Shown here one piece after another: positions 11,201 through 23,700 of a DNA stretch of 64,000 bases. The notes under the pieces are model-generated. The model was not told the origin of the DNA. It worked only from the letters and a program-made list of their open reading frames with translations, and did not search any database. Made by a program: the position numbers and the translations under genes. Within the stretch, counting starts at the first letter, position 1. Every line of letters begins with the position of its first letter. Source of the stretch: Azolla caroliniana (Eukaryota > Plantae > Polypodiophyta); assembly GCA_043228905.1 (NCBI GenBank), contig JBHGNT010000003.1, positions 6,386,001 through 6,450,000 of the forward strand, in the 5' to 3' direction.

Positions 11201-12646
11201 TATTTTGCAAAATACTGGGCAAGAGTCGAGTCTGGAACAGACACCACCACACCCTCGAAGGAATACTTCCACATTGCTAACGGTCTGCTCTACCGTAATG
11301 GGAAGGTTTGTGTTCCAGATTTACCTGAGGTCAAAAAGAGAATTCTTTTTGAATGCCATGATGCACCCTCAGCAGGGCACCCTGGAATACATCGTACACT
11401 CGTTCTCATCTCCACTCAATTTTATTGGCCTAAGATGCGTCCTGACATACATAGCTATGTGACTAAATGTCACCAATGTCAGGTTAACAAAGCCGAGCGA
11501 CTTAAAGCCGCGGGACTTTTACATCCCTTGGACATTCCCAATAATAAGTGGGAAAGTATATCCATGGATTTTATTGTTAGCCTTCCTCGCACCCAAAAAG
11601 GTCATGATGCCATATGGGTTGTGGTTGACAGACTAACTAAAATGGCCAGATTTATTGCTACTACAACCACGGTAACAGCTCCTGAATTGGCTTACCAATT
11701 CGTTGATGAGTTATTTCGTTTTTACGGGTTACCGATGGATATCGTGAGTGACCGAGATCCGAAGTTTACTAGTGACTTCTGGACGCAAGTCTTTAAGAAG
11801 TTAGAAACTACGTTGAGCATGAGCTCCACGGATCATCCTCAATCCGATGGACAGACAGAACGAGTAAATCAAATTATTGAGGACATGCTTCGAGCATACG
11901 TTGGTGCAAAACCAACAAAATGGGAACGTTATCTCCCAATTTTGGAGTTTGCTTATAACAGCTCCAAGCATACGTCGACGGGATATAGTCCTTTTATGTT
12001 GATGTATGGATTTCAGCCACGAGCCCCGATTGATGTTAATATACATCATGATGAGTTGCGAAGTACGCAAAACTTTCTTCGGGATATGCAAGATATGTTG
12101 CATATTGCACGGGATAATATAAAAACAGCTCAAGATAGAGCGCGTTTTTATGCCGATCATCACAGGCAACCTCGTGTATTCAGCCCTGGACAGAAGGTAT
12201 TTTTACGTGTACCTCACAATTCTAAGACATTGTCTACGGGTAAGTGCGCTAAGTTAGCCCCACGGTTTTGTGGACCTTTTACAGTCCTCAAACGCATTGG
12301 ATCATCAGCCTATCGTCTCGCTCTTCCCGATGGTGTTGGAATCCATCCAGTCTTTCATGTAAGTCGTCTAAAAGAACTTCTAGGTTCTGGCGACAATACA
12401 GTTACAACTGAAACTCTGGTTACTTCTGAAGATTTATCTTCTAAACCACATGTACCAGAAAGAATTCTCGATGTTAAAACAAAAAAATTACGTGCTAAGG
12501 AAATCCGAGAATTTAAAATAAAATGGATGGATAAATCAATCAAAGATGCCACATGGGAACGCGAAACGACTCTAAGAACTAACTTCCCTAACTTTCCATT
12601 GCAAGAGTGCAATGTTTTAAAGAGGGGGAGTATGTTACGGGCATGA
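8212..12646 (+). pseudogene. gag-pol polyprotein (Gag, CCHC knuckle, aspartic protease, RT, RNase H, integrase, chromodomain) with one nonsense codon and one frameshift
   Basis: ATG at 8212 and in-frame TAG at 8338-8340. Motifs [25 protein letters not shown] and [10 protein letters not shown]. An extra T in the T-run at ~10770-10774 breaks [18 protein letters not shown]. Integrase has HHCC, D,D(35)E and GPF motifs, followed by a C-terminal chromodomain (PERILD...FKIKW...ATWE). Confidence 0.95.
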
Positions 12647-13097
12647 CCATATAATATCCCGTGGTGAGAATTGTCGTAGTATTCTATACACGTGGATAAG
12701 TGTGAGGGTTAAACAAAGAGTCTAAAGAAGGGGAGGATTACTTTTAATCCTCGGGATTGAGACAACCCATGAGGCCAAGTGTGAACATGGCTGGGGGCCT
12801 TGAGAATTACTATAAATAAGAGGCCTAGCTACCCTCATTTGGGCATGCATTGACTACGTCGAGACTCTGTCCGTGAGTGGAACGACTCTTGTAGCAAGCG
12901 CGCTATCGTCCAGGTACGACTCGACGCCAAGGCGGTGGTATGGGACGCCGATCGAGGCTCGAGTCCGTCTCGATCCCTTCGCTCGGGGGTGGTCGGGTGG
13001 ATCGGCACCCTTCTTTCTCTCTTTTCTCTCTATTCTTTCTAGATCTATCATTGATATATCCTTATTTTATGCTTACTTTAGTACCTAATCTCTAATA
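12633..13097 (+). repeat. 3' LTR of the chromovirus
   Basis: Direct repeat of 6076-6540. Confidence 0.95.
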
Positions 13098-13102
13098 CTC
13101 CC

Positions 13103-13201
13103 CTTCTTCACACTCTCGTTTAACCCTCACACTTTATCCACGTGTGTTGAATATTGCGTTACATTCTCACCGTGTGATATTATATGTCCATGCTCATAAC
13201 A
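13103..13201 (-). mobile_element. Displaced 5' end (U3) of the old element's LTR
   Basis: Reverse complement reads TGTTATGAGCATGGACATATAATATC..., homologous to the LTR start at 6076. It joins 6075 across the TSD. Confidence 0.88.
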
Positions 13202-14539
13202 CCCAAGATGAAGAAAAAGATTATCGCAAGCTTGCTAAAAATGCCAAAAACCCAAAATGGGCTCTCAACTCTAATAGTGAGAGGAGGCCTACTCACGTCA
13301 TTAAATGCTCACCTACCCCTTTTTCATTCTACACACATGTGCCAAAATTCATACCCTAAACAATCAATAGCTTTTACCATTAGAAATTAATTTATTATTA
13401 TTTTATACTTTTTAGTTTATATTTACATATTTACATTTCTTGTGGCTATCCCTTTTCCCCACTTTTCCTCCTTTGAACCCTCCATGCCACAACAACGGAT
13501 AAGTGGCTTAGACTCTTTGTTACAATTAAGTGTTTGTTAGCGATGGAAAACCATTATATGAGAGAAAGTTATGTAGAAATATTGCTCATTGATAATTGAC
13601 ATTCACCATTATTTGTCCGACCAACAACATAGAGCATGCTTAAAATGATGGATTAAGATACAATATAGTTTTTTACAACAATCAACCTCATAATTATATA
13701 GGGTGCATGAAGGAATAAAATCAAAACCGTGTTGGGGAAAGAGCCTTGAGTTTAGATTTGGTGAGTTTACGATTGACGACCATGTCACCTTTCATCAACA
13801 TAGACCTCCCATGTGCCCTTGTGAATCACTACCTCGAAATAAATTATCTATCAACATAGTTTGGATGCTTTTAATCCCAAAATAACCATACGTGGCAATC
13901 ACCTCCTTTTCTAGCTTTCAAGAGCTCTCTTGCAAAAACTCCAAAATCAAAAAATTAAACATTCTCCCACTCTCTCAAGATATTAAAAGTGAGAGAGATA
14001 GTGGGAGTTGTTATTGATAGATTAATATCATTTGGAGACATATGTAGAGAATTGTTTGTCACTTTGAGAGGTTGGGAAATATATATTGTATAATCATCCA
14101 CAATATAGCATTTGAGCTCTATACAAAGATTTTATCTTTTGACTCGGTAATGAGATTTTGCTTTCCATGACTATGAATCACAAGCCTCCAAGTCAATCTT
14201 CATACTCTATGTACCATCTAAGTTTCATACACACTTACAAGATAACATGTGGATTATAGTAGCAAACTTATCTATGCTCTGGAGTCGGCACTCAATATTC
14301 ATGTTAATGTCTCATAACAAAATATGTATATCAAAACTTCCAAATTCTCTATATCATCACAACCCATCCAATTTATAGTAACACTTGCTACAATAATACT
14401 AAGCATAGTGTGAATTACTACAAAAGCATGGCCAATCTCACTAATTCAAACATTAATCATTACAAAGCACAACATTGATGAGGTAATTCATATATATTTT
14501 CTCTTATCTAATTAAGTAATATTATTATTGATGTTGCAC

Positions 14540-15330
14540 AAAATTATGTTTTGAATTATGAGGAAATATTTTCACCCATTACAAAAAACACATGAATGAT
14601 AACATCAATAATTTCACTTGGAGCTAATTTGAATTGGAAACTTTAGCTAAAGAAAGCATTATATGGGTTCAAATAGGTATCATGTGTATGATGTGTCTAA
14701 AAAAGCGCCTACAAAATATGGTTTCAAGTACGGGCAATAAATATTTGTGGTTTTAAGAGCCGACCTAAAAGAATTTCAATAATTGTAATTTAGGTCAATG
14801 GTTTCATAAAAGTGTCGTGCATTGAATGGTTTGTCACATGAATGATGATACTAGGAGTGAGTTTGCACGTGAGTTCAAGATGAAATACTTGAGAGAATTA
14901 ACGTATTTTCTTGGTTCAATATTTGTAAAATGGCCTTATGTTGTGTCTTTATCTTTACCTAAATGCAATAGGCAAGCAACCAAATAACATAGTCATTGAT
15001 GATGTTAAATAGAACATATGGATGAAGCTAAGAAACCAATGTAGCTTTTGAAAGCAAAGATACTTTCCATGCTAGGTGTTCGCATATGCAAATCTTTGAG
15101 TGAAGCTTCACATTGTTGGTTCTTGCTTTAGCACTTCCCACCCCAATGACATTTGTTTTGCATAATGGGCTAGTGCAAATGAGTGCAAACAACAACTTGA
15201 ACCGTTTTGTGCGCAACAAAGTTATATCCTTGGCCTTGTGCCTTTTTTTTTTCCCAAAAAAACATCTTCTTCATTTGTAGAAACTTGTACATCCATGACA
15301 AAATGATTACACTAACAACCTTATAAAGGT
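14540..15330 (+). mobile_element. Highly degenerate Ty1/Copia RT-RNase H relic
   Basis: Broken translations LKKALYGFK (~14648), FAREFKMKYLRELTYFLG (~14862) and FHARCSH (~15065). Confidence 0.55.
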
Positions 15331-15429
15331 TGTAGCCATGGTAGACCAATAAAAACTACAAAGACTCATAGTATAAAAGTACAAAGAATTGTGAACACCT
15401 ACAAGAATGTTCTTTCTATCACTTGTAAT

Positions 15430-16290
15430 CATTGGCTTAAACACTGAACTATAATGAAAACATTGTAGGAGACTATCTTTCGAAATGGAAGCATATCCAA
15501 CAGTTCATGTACTTTTTGTAAAACTCCACATGTATCATATAGATCAAGCAATGCATTGCTAACAACCTGGTTTCTCTTCAGCCTGCCCATCTCCTCAATC
15601 TTTACCTACATTTCTCTGCCATTTTCTAATGCTCCAATGCAAGATTCAACCTGGTTTTGAATTGGAATCATATCCTGTAATAAGAACATTGTAGTAGACT
15701 ATCTTTCAAACGGGAAGCATAACAAACTGTTCATGTATGTGACTTCATCTCCAGAATTTTGTTGAAGTTTCATCTTCTTGACTTGATCAACGCATCCTCA
15801 CCTTGCTCCTCTTTTTGCTTTTTCAAGCAATCCAACATGTCAGCTATTCATTTGAGATGATCCCTTGACATTGCATATGTTGTAAACCTTCGAATTATCA
15901 TGAAGACCAATGGTGCTAGTAATGCCTTCCATGGCACCACATCACGAAACGAGACCTTATGGACTACATCTCTGACTTGATCTACCCCAACAACTTTTGA
16001 ATACATATCCATTAAATAAAAAACAGTACTCTCCCCTACCCTATTTCCACAAATATGTGCCCCATATGTGCATGTATTTGTTGGCCATTTTCACAACTTT
16101 CAGTTTATCACAAGCTTTTGGAAGCACAAAGACAACATAATCAGTAGGTGTTGCATATGTACAAGCCAAACTTTCCCTGCTGCCCTAGAGTTGTTTCCTT
16201 CAATTGCATTCCGTTGAAGTTCTGAATCGCAGTGTTCTAGATATAATAATTCGGAATATACTTCGCCGAATACAACAAACACCTGCAAAA
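15430..16290 (-). pseudogene. PLS-class pentatricopeptide repeat (PPR) gene fragment
   Basis: Minus-strand fragments MDMYSK...FRDVVPWKAL, CIGALENGREM and VVSNALLDLYDTCG...LPFRKIVSYN match PPR motifs. They are interrupted by stops and frameshifts. Confidence 0.65.
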
Positions 16291-16304
16291 GAAAATGCTT
16301 CTGA

Positions 16305-17035
16305 TTTCGTCATCCCCTCATAAAAGTCTGCTTCAGCCCCCAACAATCTCATCACTCATCCTTATCACACAAAGAAAACATGCTTCCTTTTCCCCAACCA
16401 ACATGTCACCGACTACCACAAACGTCCACAACAACCATCTCGCCATAGCATTGCAAAACCTGTACATACCAAACAAAAACCTAATGACACTACTCTCTTA
16501 ATCCCCTCATGAAATTCCACTTCTTCCCCCGACACCAACGTCACTCATCCTTTACAATTTTCTTCATTTTCCACATCAACTATCTGTTCGTTGGCCATTG
16601 AAGTCCTATACAAACAGAAAATAGAGTGAATGTGCTATCCTCATCCCCTCATAAAAACATTGCTTCAGCCCCCAACACCATGATTCACTCATCCTTAAAA
16701 ATAGAGAATTTGCTTCAATGACCACATCAACCATCTCGATTTATACCACCGAGAACCTGTACCAAAAAAACAAAATGAGCTTACTCTACTAATCCCCTCA
16801 TGAAATTATGCTTCATCCCCCTACACCATCGTCAATCATCCTCTACAGAAATGTGCTATCCTCATCCTCACCAAGTTTCTTCGTTTTCCACATCAACCAT
16901 TTGTGTAGTCCTGTACAAACAAAAAAATAGAATGAAACACGCTTCCTTTTCCCCAACCAACATGTCACCGACTACCACACATGTCCACAACAACCACAAC
17001 ATAGCAAAACTTGTACATACCAAACAAAAACATGG
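16305..17035. repeat. Degenerate complex tandem repeat
   Basis: Recurrent ATCCCCTCATRAAA motif; 16378-16480 is nearly duplicated at 16936-17030. Confidence 0.55.
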
Positions 17036-19711
17036 CCTTGTGCCTATTTAACATCAAATTGATTGATGTAGCAACAATTTGAGTTGACATCTCCACAAAG
17101 ACCTCGGGAGGAGGCAATGTATTCGAATGACTCATGGATAAGGGTGAATCCAATAGGGATGACTAAATTGCTCCAATATGTTTGAAGGAACACAAAAAGA
17201 GCAAAAGGGAATCATCCTCATGCCTTCTGCCAAACAACTATTGGGATGTGCTTTCATTAACTATATCAAAATGTAAAGCCAACCTTGTTATTAAAGTAAT
17301 GGTCATGTAATGAAAGTTCTCGAATGACAGGGGTTTAAAAATATAATAATTATTATAAATTTGTAGTTGTTTATCTAAAAAGGAATCAGTCTACATAGAA
17401 ATGTTGATTCATTGTTTGTGCATGTGAGTGACACAAACTAGATTTAAATCTTGCAACAATGGCAAAGTTAAAGATCCACCAATCGCTATGGTGCTCCTAC
17501 CAATAACCAAGCAAGCACTACAATATCAATAACGCACATGGTTGCATGCACAAGTAATTGATACATATGTTTAAAAGGTAGTGTACACATAGGACTGGGT
17601 ATGAATCCTTATTGACATTTAAAGTACGCCTAATAATCTATTTGGAACTGCGATGAATATTTGGAAGGGAAAAGAAAATGATAACATTACTAGGTAGATG
17701 AATTCAAAACCTTTAGAACACATGCTTAATCATAGATGGGAGAAAATAACATCAAATGGTAATAAAAACGATTTTTTACACTATTTTAAAACTTGACATA
17801 ATGATATATTGTTATCATTGTCTTATATTAATGTAAGTAATCTAAGCATGGACAAACAATTGCAATCGAGGCGATCTTTTAGTATGTGAAAGACTCTAAA
17901 ATTTAGATCAATGCATACTATGGTAAAATGATCTCTTGAGCTATATTGGGATATAGATTTGAGCATTGGATAAAGCATCGAGAAAAAAGAGATCTGGAAT
18001 GGTGTGCTTTTTCAGCAATGCAACCATGTCATGAATGTTGAGGAAGTAACCAACGCTTGCTTCAAGCAGAATTGCAAATGAATATACAATTCTTGGACAA
18101 GGAACTTGTGAAAGTTGTGTGAAGCAATATACTCCCTTGATGACCTTAGAATGATTACATAAAAACCTATTCAAAGTTTATGTGATAGTGAGAGCTCTAC
18201 TTTTGTTGGCAGAAAATAATGTTTTCCACGTGTAGATCAAACAATAGTAGAAGTCCACATTATGTTCTCTCTGTATAAAGTGTTAACAAAACTCGAGATA
18301 AAATCGTAGATATATTTGTGACAACTATTCCAAGATATGGGTGTCCCAAATTCAGAAACATTATGACATCATAATGTATAAAAATGCTTGAGGAGGCACG
18401 TTGAATTCATGAGCACATATTTTATGATTATCAATTATACAAATTTTACATGCATATATTTCTGAATTGAACCAAAGAAGTCTTTGTTACGAGTCATTGG
18501 TTTTAACAATCACGTGTAGAGACATCGTTGCATTATAGTTAAAGACTAAAGTATAGAATTGGTATTTTCAAACTCAAAGTAGGTTACTTCCATATTATCA
18601 CCTAATAAGAAGGCTTCATATATAGTTTTCTTTATATGGAAAAAAATTTCCATTTCCTTTAATTCGTAAACTATACTTACTTCTTCCTTAACTAGGATAT
18701 CAAGACCTGGATATTTGTCGACTACAAGAAGCAACACTTTCGCTTGACGGTTTTACATTGGCCCATTTATGATGTATTGCCAACTTAATATTCTCTTTCA
18801 CAATAAAATACACATGAACACTCATTTTCATGTGTGAATAATCTAAAGATGAACTATTTGCTATTTTTTTGGGATTGTGTTTGTGTTTCTGTCATTGTGT
18901 CATTGTCTATGTCTATCTTCCCTAACCCCCCCCCCCCCCTCTTTATTAGTTCGCTCACAACGGATGAAATGCTTGACTATTAGCTAGTTATTCATGTTTG
19001 CTTCGAGTTACATTTCTACATTTTCCATGTGGGCTAAAAGAGGGTAAAGCAAGAAGGTTGTGGAGAAAGCCATAAAGCAGCAACACGATTCTATTTTATT
19101 CACACTAAGCTCTCTTGCCTTTTAGAACGCCACAAATATTTATTGCTATACAAACTTCTTAAGGAATGGATCACGTGACTGAAGGTGATTCTGCGAAGCT
19201 AAATACAGTTAGCGATCCACCTCGGTTTTCCAAGATAAAAAGATTGTTGCTCCATGTGACAGACGTGATCAGAGGAGTGTTAAACAAATAGAATTATATT
19301 AACCCACCTCGTTTCGTTTCTTCATGTGTCTTTTCTTTTTGTTTGGAATATTCACCTTGGTATTAATGGAAAGATGCCCAAATGCTACAAATAACTCATA
19401 CATGAAAACACAACCACCATACCCACATCAACCAACATGTTGATATAGCAAAAGCCCTCACGCAACAACCTTAGAAACTGCATTTACACATCTAAAGTCA
19501 AGATCCTTCATTTGTTTGTTTTTGTTTCGTTCCTTGAGATTTAAGTAGCTACTACCCTCTTAGGGCGATCCCAAAATGTGTAGCAGATTGGGTCTGTCGC
19601 GGCCCTCTTAGGGCAAAGATTCACACGAGGCGATATCGAGAATAACGGTCGCCTCTCTTGCACACCGGATGTCAATCGTCGCCCCTCTCGTTATTAAAAC
19701 CCCATCTTTGC

Positions 19712-19912
19712 AGACCCTAAGCCCTAAAAACTCCATGGAAATAAACCATAAACCCCTATGTGGAAATAAACCTTAAACACTACATGGAAATAAACCTTAA
19801 ACCCTAAACCCGAACCCCTCCATGGGAATAAACCTTTAAACCCCTCCATGGCAATAAACCTTTAAACTCCTCCATGGCAATAAACCTTAAACCCTAAACC
19901 CGAACACTCCAC
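19712..19912. repeat. Degenerate minisatellite with telomere-like CCCTAAA / telo-box motifs
   Basis: Repeated CCATGGAAATAAACC units; AAACCCTA at 19799-19806 and 19889-19896. Confidence 0.7.
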
Positions 19913-19913
19913 G

Positions 19914-20415
19914 GAGAGAGACAGAGAGAGACAGAGGGAACAGAGTAAAGAGAGAGAGAACAAAGCAGAGAGAGACAGAGACAGAGAGAACAGAGTAGAG
20001 AGAGAGAGAACAAAGCAGAGAGAGACAGAGACAGAGAGAACAGAGTAGAGAGAGAGAGAGAGAGAGATAGAAAACAAAGCAGAGAGAGACAGAGACAGAG
20101 AACAGAGTAGAGAGAGAGGGAACAGAGTCGAGAGAGAGAGAAGGAACAGAGTAGAGAGAGAGAGAGAACAAAGCAGAGAGAGACAGAGACAGAGAGAACA
20201 GAGTAGAGAGAGAGAGAGAGAGAGAGAGAACAAAGCAGAGAGAGGCAGAGACAGAGAGAACAGAGTAGAGAGAGAGAGAGAAAAACGCAGAGAGAGAGAG
20301 AACAGAGTAGATAGAGAGAGAACAGAGAACAAAGCAGAGAGAGAGAGAGAGAGGGAACAGAGAGCAGAGAGAGAGAACAGAGCAGAGCAGAGCAGAGAGA
20401 GAGAGAGAGAGAGAG
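19914..20415. repeat. Compound (GA)n microsatellite with higher-order units
   Basis: Recurring AACAGAGTAG(AG)n-AACAAAGCAG(AG)n-ACAGAGACAG blocks. Confidence 0.95.
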
Positions 20416-20448
20416 CAAAAGCAAAGCAAGGCAAAGCAAGGCAAGGGT

Positions 20449-20549
20449 CACGTGCAGGCAGAAGAGGGGCGCATAATGTGAACCCAGAATCACGTTGAAC
20501 GCTTTGCCTTGCCGCACCTCACGTGCCTCTCCATTTAATTCCTCACGTG
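20449..20549 (+). promoter_or_regulatory. Cluster of three G-boxes (CACGTG) upstream of the ABCC gene
   Basis: CACGTG at 20449, 20520 and 20544, 210-310 bp upstream of the ATG. Function is inferred only. Confidence 0.45.
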
Positions 20550-20761
20550 ACACCCCCCCCTCCACCCACACACACACACACACAAAACAGAAGACCAATT
20601 GTACCTCTCTCCCTCCCTCTGCCCTTCCCTCTGTACATATCTCTTGTCTCTCTGTGTGTGACTTTCTACTTCACTGCACAACAATCCATTCATTGTCTGT
20701 TATTTTGCTTCATTCGCCCATTCTTTGGTCTCTTCTCCTCCTCCTCCTCTCCAGTTTGGCC

Positions 20762-23700
20762 ATGGCCAAAGGAGGGGACCTCACAAAACCTCTCCTCCCC
20801 TCTTCTTCTTCTTCTTCTTCCTCTCTTCCCAATGGAGCAAGCCCTAGCTCTTCTTCTTCTCTTCCCAATGGAGCAATCACCAGCACTTCTTCTTCTTCTT
20901 CTTCTTATCCGTCTCGCGGAGCAATTCATCGCAATGCTGCTGCTTCTTCTTCTTCTGCCTCTGCCACGGTGGATGGTGAAGAAGAAGACATCGCGACCAA
21001 TAAGTCCCGCAATTACTACCAAGAATCATCGGCCTTGGGCCGCCTCACCTTCCATTGGATGAAACCCTTGCTAAAGCTCGGAAACAGCCGCCTCATCGAC
21101 CTCTCTGATGTCCCCGGCATCCCCCCGGTTGATCGAGCCGCCAAGAATGTCGAGATGTTCTTCCAAGCCTGGGAGAATCAAAGGAAATCTTCTTCATCCT
21201 CTTCTTCTTCTTCTTCGAGAAGGCCCTCGGTCGCCCGAGCTTTGTGGCATTGCTATTGGCCGGACATCTTGTATACCGGTGCCCTTGCCTTCCTGAAAGC
21301 CACAGGTACCGTGGCCGGACCCATCTTCCTCTACTATTTTGTGAGCTATGCTTCGGGGGATGTCATGTTCCCACACGCGGGCCCCATCCTTGTTGTCTCC
21401 CTGTTCCTTGTGAAGATGGTCGAGAACTTCTCGCAAAGACACTGGTACTTTGGGGTCCGGCGGTTGGGACTGAAGGTACAATCGGCAGTTATGGCCGCCG
21501 TCTACCATAAGGAGCTCTGCCTATCCGGTGCCGGAAAAGCCAGACATGCCACAGGTGAGATTGTTAACTACATCTCCGTAGATGCATACCGCCTCTCGGA
21601 GCTCATTTGGTGGCTCCATTGGACTTGGATTGTACCTTTCGAGATCCTTGTTTCCCTCGGGATTCTCTTCCTGATCGTCGGATTGGCCACTATCCCTGGA
21701 CTAGTCCTTATCATCCTCTTCATAATGCTCATCACCCCTCTCATCATGTCTATGCAACGATGCCAAGGCAAATTCATGGATGCTCAAGACGAGCGGCTCC
21801 GAGCCACAAGCGAAGTCTTAAGTGGTATGAAAGTCATCAAGCTCCAGGCATGGGAGGAGAAGTTCAAAGCATTCATTGAAAGAATGAGAGAGGTTGAGTT
21901 CAAATGGCTCTCTGGCACGCAGCAAAAGCGGAACTATGCCACTATTCTCTACTGGCTCATGCCGACAGTGGTCACATCAGTGGTACTTATCACATGCATT
22001 CTACTCCAGATGACCCTCACTGCGACCATTGTGTTCACAGTGTTGGCGATGTTTCGGATCATACAAGACCCCATCCGGACTGTCCCCGATGTGTTGTCGG
22101 CTCTCATCCAAGCACATGTTGCCTTTAAGAGGCTAGATGCCTTTTTGCAAGAGGATGAATTGCCGGCCAATGTGGTGGAGAGGGATTCTTATCGGATGTC
22201 CGAGTATGCCATCCGTGTTGATGGCGCGACACTGAGCTGGAATCCGAATGATCCCAAGCCCACTCTCAGGGACATTAATCTCGTTGTCAGAAGAGGGGAA
22301 AAGATTGCCATCTGTGGAGCCATTGGGTCCGGAAAGTCCACCCTCCTGAACTCCATCTTGGGTGAAATCCCAAAGCTCCAAGGCAACGTAGGTTCTCTAA
22401 ATTCTACCTCGTTTTCATTCCTAACTTAACCTCATTGTTATGAGCCGACACATGATCATACATTAGTCAACTTGATTAGTCCAGCAAAAGGTTGTACATC
22501 CATGTTCCAAATATCAAACCTATGGTAGATTGCATTTGTCCAGAGATAGGCCCATTAGAACATGGACAGCTATATGGCTGGCCAGTCTCTGTAGTTATGG
22601 TCTAGAGGTAGATTTAGGATGAAGTCAACTAGGCCAAAAATATGGCCATTATCTCTTGGATGGCCGTATTTTCAGCCACGACTATATGGCATATGTGTTT
22701 TAACTGTTATAGATAAGCCTCCATTAACATTTGCTTATTTTCCTAAGGATGCATGGTGTTTTGGCAACAGGTTCATGTCTCGGGTGGCATTGCCTATGTG
22801 GCACAGACGGCATGGATACAGACAGGTTCGGTGAAAGATAATATATTGTTCGGCATGCCATACGATGAAGCTCGCTATAAGAGCACACTCAAAGCATGTG
22901 CATTGGAGCAAGACATCAAGAACTTTAGCCATGGGGAACTTACTGAGATTGGGGAGAGGGGAATTAACATGAGTGGTGGGCAGAAGCAGAGGATTCAGCT
23001 CGCTCGGGCAGTCTATAATGATGCCGATGTTTACTTGCTCGATGATCCATTTAGTGCTGTTGATGCACAAACTGCAGCTACACTCTTCAATGTAAGTTTG
23101 CATACAAAATACAGTTTTTTTTTTGTGATTTCATGAATGTAAAAGACATCAAGTGAATGCACAATGTAATGCACTAGTTTACTTACTACTTTCAAGTATA
23201 GGCTTTAACAATAGCTTTCCAAAATAGGGTTCTTGGATCAATAGACAACCTCTTTAGAGGAACTTTGCTAACCAATGCAAACTTATATTTGAAGCTGATG
23301 ACTGATTTTCCTTGAACCTGCAGGATTGTGTGATGGGAGCCCTTCGAAACAAGACCGTCTTATTAGTAACACATCAAGTGGAGTTCTTGCCAGCAATGGA
23401 TTCAATAGTGGTAAGAACGTTTATTCCAAAAGAATTTCAAAGATGCTTATCGACAAAGAATTCATGGAATTAAGTATCACACTTGTAATATTCATTTCTA
23501 CAGGTGATGGAAGATGGCGAGATAAGGCAAGCAGGATCATACTCAGACTTGCTTGAAGGAGGAGATGCCTTCCTAAGGCTAGTAAAAGCACATGAAGAAG
23601 CATTGCATTCGGTGACTGGAAATGGACATGCAAATGCGGATGAAGCTGAGGCAGGATCTATTGTCACTAACCTGACGACAATAGGGAAGAAAAAGTTGAG

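Larger units (their letters stand above)
6076..13097 (+). mobile_element. Full-length Ty3/Gypsy chromovirus LTR retrotransposon, 7022 bp
   Basis: 465-bp LTRs at 6076-6540 and 12633-13097 (one mismatch seen). 5-bp TSD CTCCC (6071-6075 / 13098-13102), PBS TGGTATCAGAGCC (tRNA-iMet) at 6543-6555 and PPT at 12619-12630. Domain order is gag-PR-RT-RH-IN-chromodomain. Confidence 0.97.

Noticed and set aside
17100-18800. Possible further retroelement debris (also ~39850-41600 and ~49200-50200)
   Set aside because: Only isolated motif-like scraps were seen; boundaries and family could not be supported by eye.
19862-20598. Three long overlapping minus-strand ORFs (185-234 aa, Leu/Ser/Cys-rich)
   Set aside because: They are artefacts of the stop-free (CT)n compound microsatellite.
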